From contig CAZETV010000001.1 in assembly GCA_964514965.1 (NCBI GenBank), forward strand, positions 210,001 through 242,000: a stretch of 32,000 bases of DNA, in the 5' to 3' direction. This document shows, piece after piece, positions 16,992 through 26,470 of the stretch; within the stretch, counting starts at the first letter, position 1; every line of letters starts with the position of its first letter. Origin of the DNA: Candidatus Hadarchaeota archaeon (GTDB lineage: Archaea > Hadarchaeota > Hadarchaeia > Hadarchaeales > Hadarchaeaceae). The position numbers were made by a program, and so were the translations under genes. The notes under the pieces are model-generated. The model was given only the letters and a program-made list of their open reading frames with translations. It did not search any database and was not told where the DNA came from.

Positions 16992-18944
16992 ATGAAGCTA
17001 TTCATGTCTTCCTTGGACATTATGGTCTGCACTCAAGAGCTTAAAAACGCTATCGGTGGCTGGGTCGATAACGTGTATGAGCTAGACGGAACTTTCCTTA
17101 TGCGATTGCGCTCGCCAGACAAGGGGCGCCAAGATCTGATCCTTGAGCCGGGCCGCAGGGTTCACCTCACAAGTAGAAAATATAAAACTCCAAAAAAGCC
17201 GAGTGCCTACGCGATGTTTTTGCGCAAGTACTTGGTTGGTGCACAACTAACAGCAGTTGAACAGCCCGGTTTAGAACGCATTGTCGAGTTCAAATTTTCT
17301 GGGAAGGAAAAAAGCGTCCTCATCTTGGAACTCTTCGGTAAAGGAAACCTAATTCTCTGCAACATCCAGCTCGACATTATCCAACCCTACCGAGTTGAAG
17401 TATGGCGGCATCGCGTACTTAAGCCTCGTGAAAAATATCTTCACCCTCCAACGAAGAGCGTTGATATACGAGAACTCGATGTTCAAGGACTGCGCCGTGC
17501 TCTCGAGGGAGCTCCAGATGTGGTGCGAGCCCTAGCGGTAAACCTGAATGTGGGCGGCCCGCTCGCCGAGGAGATATGCGCTCGAGCTGCGGTGGCGAAA
17601 AGTCGCGGACCAAGCGAACTCTCCAAACAAGAACTCATTGTAATCCTTCAGGCCGTCAAGAGCTTGTTCACACAGGAACCATCGGTGCATGTCGTATATG
17701 GTGATGGTAAACCTGTAGATGTTCTACCGTTTGATTTCAAAACGCACATAAGAAAGCGGGTGAAAAGATTTGATTCATTTAGCGAGGCCCTTGATGAATA
17801 TTTCGGTACTCTCGCAGTTAGCTCAGCGACAGATAAACAGAGCAAGAACTTTGAAAGAGAGCTTAGTAAGCTTCGCAGCCGGCTGACAGAGCAAGAAAGA
17901 CACTTCGCGGACCTCTATGCGAAGTCCAGCAGTGCCAAACAGAAAGCAGATTTCGCCGCAATCCATCATGCGCAGATAAACGATTTGATGAATTATTTAG
18001 AGAGGCTTAGGCGTGCGAAAGGTTGGCAATCGGCAATCAAGGCAATAGACGAAGCTAAAGCGGCTGGGGAGTTATGGGCAAAGACTATCAGAAAGGTCGA
18101 TCCAGGGGCTGCAAAAGTTGAATTTGAGTTAGCTGGGCAACGTATTCTCCTCGACCTTCGTTTATCCGCGTTCGATAATGCGTCGCGATTGTACAAGCGG
18201 TATAAGAAACTAGCGGAAAAAGCGGCGGGAGCTAAGGACGCTATGGAACAGACAAGGCGGGAGCTTGACCGATTGCTTACCGTTGGCATGCCGAAGCCCA
18301 AGGTTTCAATGCCAAGTAAGCGCAGAAAAATGAGGTGGTTTGAGCGTTATAGGTGGTTCATCTCGTCCGACGATATGCTGGTTATCGGAGGACGGGATGT
18401 GAAGACCAATCAGGAAGTTGTTGAGAAACACATGGAAGCTGGCGATCGATACCTGCACGCCGATATAGTCGGCGCTCCACATGTCGTGGTCAAGGCAGCA
18501 GGCAAGGAAGTACCTGAGACCACCATCAGGGAAGCAGCAGAGTTCGCAGCTATGCACTCACGGGCGTGGCGGGAGGGGCTGGGAGAACTGGATGTCTACT
18601 GGGTGACGCCCGCGCAAGTTTCGAAGCGGGCGCCGACCAGCACCTACCTGCCAAAAGGAAGCTATATGATTCGCGGAGAACGCAACTTTCTAAAAGTTCC
18701 AACCGAGGCGGCCGTTGGTGCAATGGTTGTTAATGATGAACCGGTGGTCATTTGCGGCCCTTTAAGTGCGATTAAAAAACATTCGCAAAATGTTGTCAGA
18801 GTCGTCCCGGGAAGGTTAAAGAAATCCGAGCTTGCACGTGAAGTCCGGGCATTTTTGCAGACGGGGAAAGTAGATGTTTCGTTGGATGAACTCGAGCGAG
18901 CGCTCCCGCCCGGCAAAGGCGACATCAAGCGGGAGCCAAGCTGA
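16992..18944 (+). CDS. rqcH: NFACT-family protein (Rqc2/NEMF homolog, fibronectin-binding-like)
   Basis: 650 aa. NFACT-N start 'MSSLDIMVCTQELKNAIGGWVDNVYEL', central coiled coil, and NFACT-R 'KMRWFERYRWFISSDDMLVIGGRDVKTNQEVVEKHMEAGDRYLHADIVGAPHVVVK'. Confidence 0.93.
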   Translation: MKLFMSSLDIMVCTQELKNAIGGWVDNVYELDGTFLMRLRSPDKGRQDLILEPGRRVHLTSRKYKTPKKPSAYAMFLRKYLVGAQLTAVEQPGLERIVEFKFSGKEKSVLILELFGKGNLILCNIQLDIIQPYRVEVWRHRVLKPREKYLHPPTKSVDIRELDVQGLRRALEGAPDVVRALAVNLNVGGPLAEEICARAAVAKSRGPSELSKQELIVILQAVKSLFTQEPSVHVVYGDGKPVDVLPFDFKTHIRKRVKRFDSFSEALDEYFGTLAVSSATDKQSKNFERELSKLRSRLTEQERHFADLYAKSSSAKQKADFAAIHHAQINDLMNYLERLRRAKGWQSAIKAIDEAKAAGELWAKTIRKVDPGAAKVEFELAGQRILLDLRLSAFDNASRLYKRYKKLAEKAAGAKDAMEQTRRELDRLLTVGMPKPKVSMPSKRRKMRWFERYRWFISSDDMLVIGGRDVKTNQEVVEKHMEAGDRYLHADIVGAPHVVVKAAGKEVPETTIREAAEFAAMHSRAWREGLGELDVYWVTPAQVSKRAPTSTYLPKGSYMIRGERNFLKVPTEAAVGAMVVNDEPVVICGPLSAIKKHSQNVVRVVPGRLKKSELAREVRAFLQTGKVDVSLDELERALPPGKGDIKREPS

Positions 18945-20167
18945 TGCAAAAGCGAATTTTTGTGATCGCAATTTTTTTGATAATTTTCGGCTGCGTAGCA
19001 ACTGCTCACTTGGGTGAAGCTCAGCAAGAGTCGGTCTATGTAATAGATGTTAATGGGACGATCGACTCCGGCATCTCGAACTTCATCAGGAAATCAATTG
19101 ACCGAGCCGAGCGAGACAACGTTACGTTGATAATAAAGATGAACACACCAGGCGGATTGCTCTCGTCGACGAAGGAAATCGTTGATCGAATGCTGAATGC
19201 GAAGGTGAAGCTCGTTGTATGGGTCACGCCACGAGGGGCATGGGCTTACTCCGCTGGTACCTTCATCCTTCTAGCATCCGATACCGCGGTCATGGACAAC
19301 GGGACAACAATCGGGGCCGCGCAACCGAGGCCGGAGGACCCAAAAGTTACCGCGGCGATGGCGGAGTGGATAGGAGAAGTGACCGACCAACGAGGGCGAC
19401 CTGGAGATATCGCAGAATTATTTGTAGCCCAAAATTCAACGATGGAATCTCAGGAAGCTCTCGACAACGGGATAATAGAGCTGCGCGCCAGCAGCATTGA
19501 CGAGATATTAGATAACATTGGCTTATCTGGAGCTACGGTAAAAAATCTCGAGATGGGCGTCTTCGAAAAAGTGTTGAGGGTGCTCAGCGACCCAAACATA
19601 GTTTCCATCTTGTTTATAGCCGGCCTGCTTGGTGTCTTAGCCGAGATAACAACCCCTGGAATAGGGGTCCCCGGCATAGCTGGCGTGATATGTTTGTTGC
19701 TGGCCTTCTGGGGTTTAGGGATACTCGAAATAAATTATGTCGGAGTTGCGCTGATCCTGCTTGGAGTGGTGTTGATTGCGGCCGAACTCTTCACGCCCGG
19801 CTTCGGTGTTTTTGGGATTGGTGGGGGAATTGCCCTCTTCTTGGGCCTGCTGATGATCGATAAAGAGCCGTGGATTGAAGTCGCAGGCAACTTGGCGAAA
19901 GGAGCAGCGATAGGTTTGCTCGCTTTATTTGCCATTTTAATCGCGCTGGCGAGGCGTGCCATGAAGAAGCCCGTGACTGTGGGCAGAGAAGCGATGGTAG
20001 GACAAGTTGGTGTCGCTACTACCAACATCGCCCCAGACGGGATGGTCAAACTAAAGGGTGAATTTTGGCGTGCAACTTCTGAAACACGAATACGAAAGGG
20101 CGAGGAAGTCGTGGTCAAGGATGTGAAGGGTTTGGTGCTAATAGTCGAAAAAAGTGACAAGAAATAA
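18944..20167 (+). CDS. nfeD: NfeD-family membrane-bound ClpP-class serine protease
   Basis: 407 aa. Signal segment, 'MNTPGGLLSSTKEI', 'AWSAGTFILLASD'-like 'AWAYSAGTFILLASDTAVM', TM bundle, and C-terminal OB-like NfeD domain. Confidence 0.93.
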   Translation: MQKRIFVIAIFLIIFGCVATAHLGEAQQESVYVIDVNGTIDSGISNFIRKSIDRAERDNVTLIIKMNTPGGLLSSTKEIVDRMLNAKVKLVVWVTPRGAWAYSAGTFILLASDTAVMDNGTTIGAAQPRPEDPKVTAAMAEWIGEVTDQRGRPGDIAELFVAQNSTMESQEALDNGIIELRASSIDEILDNIGLSGATVKNLEMGVFEKVLRVLSDPNIVSILFIAGLLGVLAEITTPGIGVPGIAGVICLLLAFWGLGILEINYVGVALILLGVVLIAAELFTPGFGVFGIGGGIALFLGLLMIDKEPWIEVAGNLAKGAAIGLLALFAILIALARRAMKKPVTVGREAMVGQVGVATTNIAPDGMVKLKGEFWRATSETRIRKGEEVVVKDVKGLVLIVEKSDKK

Positions 20168-20178
20168 TTTTTCTTTAA

Positions 20179-20973
20179 TTACTTTTTCGTGCTTTCCCTT
20201 CCTTTTCTCTGAGCTGCAGAGATTAAACCGAGCACTTCTCCAAGCTGGGTTCCGAGCTGGGTCGGGCTCACCACAATCATGTTCTTTTCTCGGGCTATCT
20301 CGGTAAGCGTTTGAAGTTCTCGAAGCCTTAGTGCAGCAGGATCTGCCCGATATTGCTTCGCGGCCTCAGCCATCTTCTTCGCGGCCTCGAACTCACCCTG
20401 AGCCATTATCACTCTCGATCTCCGCTCCCGCTCTGCTTCCGCTTGCTTCGCTATCGCGCGGAGCATTTCCTCGGGCAAGCTCACGTCCCTTATCGTCACC
20501 GAACTCACCTTTATGCCCCAAGCGTCAGTCGCCTCATCGAGAATCTTCTGAATGCCTATATTCAGTTCGTCACGTTTAGTCAGCAATTCGTCCAAGTCCC
20601 TTTGTCCAAGTACATCGCGCAGCGTGGTTTGAGCGAGTAAGCTCGTGGCCATGATGTAGTTCTCAACTTTCAGTATGGCATCGTTCGGATTTACCACCCG
20701 CATGTAAACGACCGCATCTACATTGACGCTCACGTTGTCTCTGGTGACCACTCTCTGTTTAGGCACATCGAGCGTTATCGTGCGCAGGTCAACTTTCTTT
20801 ATCCTATCTAGTACCGGATTTATCAGGAAGATTCCAGGCCCCTTAATCCCTGCGTACCTGCCCAACCTGAATTTCACTGCACGCTCGTATTCCCGAAGAA
20901 CCTTTATCGCGAGCATCAGAAATACGGCGAAGATAAAAACGATGAAAATAATCAAACCTTCCAACCATGTCAC
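20179..20973 (-). CDS. SPFH/stomatin-like (slipin) membrane protein
   Basis: 264 aa. 'EYERAVKFRLGRYAGIKGPGIFLINPVLDRIKKVDLRT' and 'SVRDVSLPEEMLRAIAKQAEAERERRSRVI'. Confidence 0.95.
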   Translation of the reverse strand: MTWLEGLIIFIVFIFAVFLMLAIKVLREYERAVKFRLGRYAGIKGPGIFLINPVLDRIKKVDLRTITLDVPKQRVVTRDNVSVNVDAVVYMRVVNPNDAILKVENYIMATSLLAQTTLRDVLGQRDLDELLTKRDELNIGIQKILDEATDAWGIKVSSVTIRDVSLPEEMLRAIAKQAEAERERRSRVIMAQGEFEAAKKMAEAAKQYRADPAALRLRELQTLTEIAREKNMIVVSPTQLGTQLGEVLGLISAAQRKGRESTKK

Positions 20974-21080
20974 AAACTCACCAAGCTCTATTCTATAGAG
21001 TACCAGTATTTGTATTTATAGGTCAGGTGCTACGCCAAGTCAAAACATAGAACGATATGAGTTGTAGAACGAAATTTAGG

Positions 21081-21167
21081 TGGAGCCGCCGGCGAGGATT
21101 GAACTCGCGACCTCCACCTTTTTGTAAGCATACCAAGGTGGCGTTCTACCAACTGAGCTACGGCGGC
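21081..21167 (-). tRNA. tRNA-Thr(GGT) with a putative 11-nt intron in the anticodon loop; CCA encoded
   Basis: Cloverleaf read on the minus strand: GCCGCCG acceptor, D arm GCTC AGTTGGTA GAAC, anticodon stem CCACC/GGTGG with loop TTGGTA[TGCTTACAAAA]A, T arm GCGAG TTCAATC CTCGC, CGGCGGC-T-CCA. Removing 11 nt gives 76 nt. Confidence 0.92.
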
Positions 21168-21251
21168 TCGCTTAAAACTAACATCTGAAATCTAAAAGGC
21201 TTCCGAGGTTAGCAATTTAATATCCTCGGACGATATGGATGCGGGATTGAG

Positions 21252-22040
21252 ATGAAAATCGGAGTTATCGGTTGTGGTAATCTCGGCAGTTCCTTGGTGA
21301 AAGGTTTACTAAAGACTAAGGTCCTGCATGTTGAGGAGATGATTGTGAGCGATATCAGAGAAGAAAATCTAACTAAATTAAAAAATCTCGGTATCGAAAC
21401 CACTAGTGACAATCAAAAATTGGTTAAGCAGTGCGATGCTGTGCTCATCGCAGTGAAGCCCGATATCGTCGAATCCGTGCTAGAAAAAACCAAAGGAATT
21501 TCCGAGGGCAAGCTATTCATCTCGACTGCAGCAGGGATCTCAACAAAATTTATTGAAGCGCGAACGAACGCCCGCGCGGTGAGGGTGATACCCAACATAT
21601 GCGGGAGTGTTGGCGAGATGGCTTCATGTTTCTCCCTAGGCAAGAGGGCTTCGAGCGAAGATGAAAAATTGGTGGAGAAGCTTCTAGCTAACATGGGCAC
21701 GACGTTTAAAGTGGATGAAAGGCTGATGGACGCAGTCACGGGGCTGAGCGGGAGCGGCCCGGCATATTTTTACTTTATTATGAAAGCTCTGCAAGAAGCT
21801 GGGATAGAACTCGGTCTGTCGAGCGAGGTTGCCCTCAAGCTTGCCGCGCAGACAGCGAAAGGTGCAGGAGAAACAATTTTGCGTGGAGAAACTACGCCAG
21901 AGGAGTTTATGAAAATGGTCTGCACTCCGAAGGGCACGACAATCGAAGGGCTCAAGGTGCTGGAAGAACAAAAGGTGGCAGACGCGCTTAAAAATGCTGT
22001 GAAGGCCGCCGCGAAAAGGGCAAAGGAGCTATCGAGATAA
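21252..22040 (+). CDS. proC: Pyrroline-5-carboxylate reductase
   Basis: 262 aa. 'MKIGVIGCGNLGSSLVKGLL' Rossmann motif and C-terminal signature 'LMDAVTGLSGSGPAYFYFIMKALQEAGIELGL'. Confidence 0.95.
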   Translation: MKIGVIGCGNLGSSLVKGLLKTKVLHVEEMIVSDIREENLTKLKNLGIETTSDNQKLVKQCDAVLIAVKPDIVESVLEKTKGISEGKLFISTAAGISTKFIEARTNARAVRVIPNICGSVGEMASCFSLGKRASSEDEKLVEKLLANMGTTFKVDERLMDAVTGLSGSGPAYFYFIMKALQEAGIELGLSSEVALKLAAQTAKGAGETILRGETTPEEFMKMVCTPKGTTIEGLKVLEEQKVADALKNAVKAAAKRAKELSR

Positions 22041-22091
22041 TATCACTTTTCTATTTTAGGGTGCACGACTTAAAATAAACGGTGCGGCAGC

Positions 22092-22892
22092 ATGAGAGCC
22101 AAAGGTCGAAAGGAGTTAATCACTGACGTTGAAGGAGTGCTCAATGCGCTATTGGCCAGAAAACTAACTGCTGAGCAGGCCAAACGAAAGTTGGCGGCCC
22201 TAAACATAAAGCGGATCGGAAATCTAGCAAGACTCGATGTCGAACGAGTTCACCGAATTGGGATCCCAGAAGTGGTGCTAGCGGAGGGAAAGAATCCAAA
22301 AACAGTTGCTAAAGCTGCGGTTGCTCTTGCAAGCACGAGTGGCTATGCCCTAGTGACCCGGGTGAAAAAAGAACACCTCAAATTAATTCAAAAAGAAATT
22401 CGGAAGAACTTTGAAATTGAGCACAATTCTAAGGCTAGAACTATTGTCGTCAAAAAGAAGGGGCACCGTTTTCCAGAGAGGGGGAAAATAGGAGTACTTG
22501 CAGCGGGTACCGCCGATGTGCCGGTCGCGGAGGAGGCTGCGGTTTCGGCAGAAGTGATGGGTTGTGAGGTGTTGAAAGCCTACGATGTTGGTGTTGCTGG
22601 GATTCACCGATTGTTTGAACCTCTTAAGCATATGGTTGAGCAAGGAGTAGCAGCCATCGTGGTCGTAGCAGGCATGGAGGGGACTTTACCTTCACTCGTC
22701 TCAAGTTTGGTTGATGCGCCAGTCATTGGAGTGCCAACATCGATCGGATATGGGACGGGGCTGAAAGGAATAGGTGCCCTCGTGACGATGCTTCAAACAT
22801 GCTCACCCAAAATCGCGGTTGTCAACATAGACAACGGGTTCGGGGGAGGAGTTTTCGCGGCTTCAATTGCAAAGCGGTCGAAACAAAAATAG
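22092..22892 (+). CDS. larB: LarB-family (nickel-pincer cofactor biosynthesis / AIR carboxylase-like) protein
   Basis: 266 aa. 'VLAAGTADVPVAEEAAVSAEVMGCEVLKAYDVGVAGIHRL...VVVAGMEGTLPSLVSSLVDAPVIGVPTSIGYG'. Confidence 0.93.
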   Translation: MRAKGRKELITDVEGVLNALLARKLTAEQAKRKLAALNIKRIGNLARLDVERVHRIGIPEVVLAEGKNPKTVAKAAVALASTSGYALVTRVKKEHLKLIQKEIRKNFEIEHNSKARTIVVKKKGHRFPERGKIGVLAAGTADVPVAEEAAVSAEVMGCEVLKAYDVGVAGIHRLFEPLKHMVEQGVAAIVVVAGMEGTLPSLVSSLVDAPVIGVPTSIGYGTGLKGIGALVTMLQTCSPKIAVVNIDNGFGGGVFAASIAKRSKQK

Positions 22893-23525
22893 TCATTTGA
22901 GAATTGTTGAGAGTTCCTTTTTCGATATTGGGCCCTCTCTCAGAACTCGTAGGGATCTGGAGCTGAGATCCACAACAGTCGATGGTGTGCCTAATTTGCA
23001 TTTACCGGCGTCCAGCGCTACATCAACACATTTGCCAAGTTGCTCAAGCGCCTCCCTTATTGTACTGGGTGCTGATTTTCCTGAGAGATTTGCGGAAGTC
23101 GCTGTGATTGGGCCCCCCACGAAATCAACGAGCTTGAGCACAACCGGATTATCAGGAATTCTTATCCCTATATTTGCAGTGCCGCCAGTCACGATTTTTG
23201 AAATTTTCTTTGGCTTTGCTTTGACCACCATAGTGAGTGGTCCGGGCAAAAATTTCTTGAAAGCTAGCTCGGCAATGGGTGTTAGCTCGGCGATTTGCTG
23301 GGCCATCTCAAAAGAGTTAACCGCAACAGGGATGGGGTTCTCCAATTGTCTTGCCTTTGCCACGAAAACTTTCGCAACGGCTTCGTCCGAGCAGGCATCA
23401 GCCCCTAAGCCATACACCGTTTCTGTTGGATAAATGACCAAACCGCCAGTCCTGATCGTCGCCGCAGCCTCCGAAATTACCATGATTTCCGGATTTTTCG
23501 AATCGACTTCAAAAATTTTGACCAT
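22893..23525 (-). CDS. Sua5/YciO/YrdC-family L-threonylcarbamoyladenylate synthase
   Basis: 210 aa. 'GGLVIYPTETVYGLGADACSDEAVAKVFVAKAR' and 'PGPLTMVVKAK...RIPDNPV...TSANLSG'. Confidence 0.94.
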   Translation of the reverse strand: MVKIFEVDSKNPEIMVISEAAATIRTGGLVIYPTETVYGLGADACSDEAVAKVFVAKARQLENPIPVAVNSFEMAQQIAELTPIAELAFKKFLPGPLTMVVKAKPKKISKIVTGGTANIGIRIPDNPVVLKLVDFVGGPITATSANLSGKSAPSTIREALEQLGKCVDVALDAGKCKLGTPSTVVDLSSRSLRVLREGPISKKELSTILK

Positions 23526-23712
23526 CTACACCCCAGGATTGACCTCTTTTTTAACCATTTTTTTATGAGGGGGACTTACTCTTAAGTTATCCGTTCAAGA
23601 TATTCGGCTACGGTATAAAAACGCCAAGATTTCAAACAATTATCAGCAACAAGATGAAAAGTCTTATATTTCCCATCTCAAATCACTTCCATCTCTAAAT
23701 ATTAGTTATATG

Positions 23713-23816
23713 TGGTGCGGGGGGCAGGATTCGGACCTGCGAAGGCCCTGCGGCCACAGGATTTCTTAGCCTGACTCTTAAGTCCTGCCCCTTAGACCTG
23801 ACTCGGGAACCCCCGC
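23713..23816 (-). tRNA. tRNA-Leu(TAA) with a putative 14-nt intron in the anticodon loop; CCA encoded
   Basis: Minus strand: GCGGGGG acceptor, anticodon stem CAGGA/TCCTG, loop CTTAAG[AGTCAGGCTAAGAA]A, long type-II variable arm (TGGCCGCAGGGCCTTC), T arm GCAGG TCCGAAT CCTGC, CCCCCGC-A-CCA. Confidence 0.92.
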
Positions 23817-23848
23817 AGGATAAACCTCTCTCGAATGGGGCAATAAAA

Positions 23849-23953
23849 CTAGCGCCCTTTCTTGTAGGCCCTGCGATAGACCGCGCGATACTTCTTTTTC
23901 TTAAGCTTCCTCTCAAGTTCGCGCTCTAGGTTCTCCATCCTCTTGCGCGTCAT
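23849..23953 (-). CDS. Possible 34-aa highly basic microprotein
   Basis: MTRKRMENLERELERKLKKKKYRAVYRRAYKKGR*, read directly from the minus strand between tRNA-Leu and the ABC operon. Below the ORF-track length threshold. Confidence 0.3.
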   Translation of the reverse strand: MTRKRMENLERELERKLKKKKYRAVYRRAYKKGR

Positions 23954-24089
23954 CCTTATCCATAGATACTTTCAAACCGCGGTTATTTATCGCCCTCTGG
24001 CCCACCAATAATTTAAAAATTCGACACGTACTGAGCCACGTCGCCAAAAGATTAAAACATCTCGGATTAAACCAACAACAGGCGAAAGC

Positions 24090-24941
24090 GTGCCCGTGAT
24101 CGAAACCAAGAATGTCAAGAAGTATTACGGCAATGTCCGGGGTGTTGAGAAGCTCAGCTTTGAAGTTAAAGAGGGTGAGATATACGGCTTTCTCGGTCCA
24201 AATGGGGCAGGGAAAACAACAACCGTAAAAATCCTATCAAAAATTCTCAGGGGCTATGGTGGGGATATCAAAGTTTTCGGCAAGGATTTAAAAAAGTGGG
24301 GAAAGGATTACTACCAAAGAATTAGCGTTTCCTTTGAGTTTCCCGCCATCTATTCCAAGCTCACGGCGTTTGAAAATTTAGAATTTTTTGCGTCGTTTTA
24401 CAAGAGTCATCTCAAACCGATGGAGGTTCTCAAGATCGTGGGGCTCGGTAAAGAAGCGGACCAAAGAGTCTCGACCTTTTCAAAGGGGATGAAGAAAAAG
24501 CTCGACCTGGCCAGGGCTCTGCTCCCGGGCCCGGAAATACTCTTCCTCGATGAACCCCTTGAGGGACTGGACCCTGCAAGCGCAAGAAAACTCAAAGACC
24601 TCTTCCTGGAGATGAAGGAAGACAGAGGAACAATATTTCTGACGACGCACAACATGTACGTGGCGGACGAACTTTGTGATAGAGTCGCCTTTATAGTCGA
24701 CGGTGCGGTAAAACTCGTCGACAACCCTGAAGAGCTAAAGGTGAAAATGGGCAAGCACAGGGTTAAAGTCGAATACTACGTCAGAAACAGGGCAAAGAGC
24801 AGGGAATTCCCCCTTCAGGAAATTGGTCGGAGCAAGGAGTTCACGGACATTCTCAAAAAATACGAAGTGAGGAGAATAAACACGGAGGAGCCGACGTTGG
24901 AGGAGATCTTCCTGAATATCACGGGCAGGAGGCTCTTATGA
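24090..24941 (+). CDS. ABC transporter ATP-binding protein
   Basis: 283 aa. Walker A 'GPNGAGKTTT', signature 'FSKGMKKKLDLARALLPGPEILFLDEPLEGLDP'. Confidence 0.96.
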   Translation: MPVIETKNVKKYYGNVRGVEKLSFEVKEGEIYGFLGPNGAGKTTTVKILSKILRGYGGDIKVFGKDLKKWGKDYYQRISVSFEFPAIYSKLTAFENLEFFASFYKSHLKPMEVLKIVGLGKEADQRVSTFSKGMKKKLDLARALLPGPEILFLDEPLEGLDPASARKLKDLFLEMKEDRGTIFLTTHNMYVADELCDRVAFIVDGAVKLVDNPEELKVKMGKHRVKVEYYVRNRAKSREFPLQEIGRSKEFTDILKKYEVRRINTEEPTLEEIFLNITGRRLL

Positions 24942-25642
24942 GCTTTGCTCAACTGCTGGAGATAGACCTAAGAATCGGAACTCGGAATTACACTTATCCA
25001 ATTTATCTTCTTGCGGCGTTTGCATACGGGCTGATGATTAGGGCGTCGCCAACGGGTTATTACCACGTGGTTGGGCCACTTCTCATATTTTTTGAACCTG
25101 CGCTACTCGGATTCACCTTCGTCGGAACTATAATATTCTCGGAGAAAAAAGATGGCACCATAGGAGCGCTCTCCACCACGCCGATAAATTGGAGAAATTA
25201 CTACATTTCGAAAACTCTGGTGATGACCATCTTGGCCGTGATAGGTGCGTTCATAATTCTCGTGGTGGGAACTGGACTGGGTGCGGACTACGGTTACATT
25301 CTTCCCGGGACCTTTCTGACATCAATTGTCTACACCCTGCTGGGAGTGGCAATAGCGGCGAAATACCGGGATCTGGAGGACTACTTTGTCCCGCTCTTAG
25401 GTGTGCTGATAATTTCCCTTCTTCCATTCGCTGCATACCATGGCCTTATCAGCGGTGCGTGGACAACAATATTATACATCATCCCGAGTTATCCTGCGCT
25501 TTATTTTTTTCAAGCGGGCTTTGAGAGCGTGCCATCAGAAACACTTATCATCTCCGGAGTGGCGCTGATAGTTTGGGCCATCATCGCATACTACCTTGCC
25601 AGACATAAATTTCACAGCTGTGCGGTGGAGGGAGGAGAATGA
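24938..25642 (+). CDS. ABC-2-type transporter permease
   Basis: 234 aa polytopic protein, 4-bp overlap with the ATPase gene; 'FSEKKDGTIGALSTTPINWRNYYISKTL'. Confidence 0.88.
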   Translation: MSFAQLLEIDLRIGTRNYTYPIYLLAAFAYGLMIRASPTGYYHVVGPLLIFFEPALLGFTFVGTIIFSEKKDGTIGALSTTPINWRNYYISKTLVMTILAVIGAFIILVVGTGLGADYGYILPGTFLTSIVYTLLGVAIAAKYRDLEDYFVPLLGVLIISLLPFAAYHGLISGAWTTILYIIPSYPALYFFQAGFESVPSETLIISGVALIVWAIIAYYLARHKFHSCAVEGGE

Positions 25643-26346
25643 GTTTTATCAGGAGATTTCTGAGCATCTTCAAGGCCGACCTGAAGATGACCAGAAGAGA
25701 TCCGATTCTGCTTTACACCGTTTTGATGACCCTCGTCTTCCTCGTTTTGGTGCGGTGTCTAAAGGGTGCTATCCCTCCCCAGCTTTATTTTGCCCCTGCA
25801 TTCTTCACAATCCTCTTGATCCCTATGGTATTCGGTATGGCGCCCGGTTTCATAGTGGTAAACGAGAAGGAAGAGAAGACCATCCAGGCCCTGCAGGTTG
25901 TGCCGATTTCAAGTGCTGGATTTCTGGCTTACAGACTTTTCTGGAGTGCCATCCTAACAGCTGCTCTGTGCATCGCCGCACCTACGATACTGGACACACC
26001 CATCGCGATAGGACCTCTGATTATGCTGGCAGTATTGCTGGTTTTTGAGACGATGATTTTTGCCCTACTTATAATCGACTTCCCCCAAACCAGGATGCAG
26101 GCATTGACGATGATGAAGATAGTGGGGTGGATCCTGCTCCTTCCCATTGTTGTAAAATTCATAGTCGTGATGGGTAATTTCTCCACGGACTGGTGCACCT
26201 TCACGGCTTTTCTGCCCACTCACTGGATATACAAATTTTATGAGGGGACTTCGCTTGGGGATTATGGTGCCTTTTGGATAGGCCTAGTGATTCATGCTGT
26301 TTGGCTCGGTGCCCTGACCCTGATCTTCAGAAGGAGAGTTCTCTGA
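25639..26346 (+). CDS. ABC-2-type transporter permease
   Basis: 235 aa polytopic protein, 4-bp overlap with the previous gene; 'NEKEEKTIQALQVVPISSAGFLAYRLFWSAIL'. Confidence 0.88.
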   Translation: MSFIRRFLSIFKADLKMTRRDPILLYTVLMTLVFLVLVRCLKGAIPPQLYFAPAFFTILLIPMVFGMAPGFIVVNEKEEKTIQALQVVPISSAGFLAYRLFWSAILTAALCIAAPTILDTPIAIGPLIMLAVLLVFETMIFALLIIDFPQTRMQALTMMKIVGWILLLPIVVKFIVVMGNFSTDWCTFTAFLPTHWIYKFYEGTSLGDYGAFWIGLVIHAVWLGALTLIFRRRVL

Positions 26347-26470
26347 TATCCATCCCGAGAATCGCAACGTGCCTTTCCTTATCACCGAAATTCAAGTTAA
26401 ACTGGTTTTTGGACTTTTGATAAAACGAACTAACCTTGTGGCTCGTTAAACGTGAACGACGTGAAGAAGA

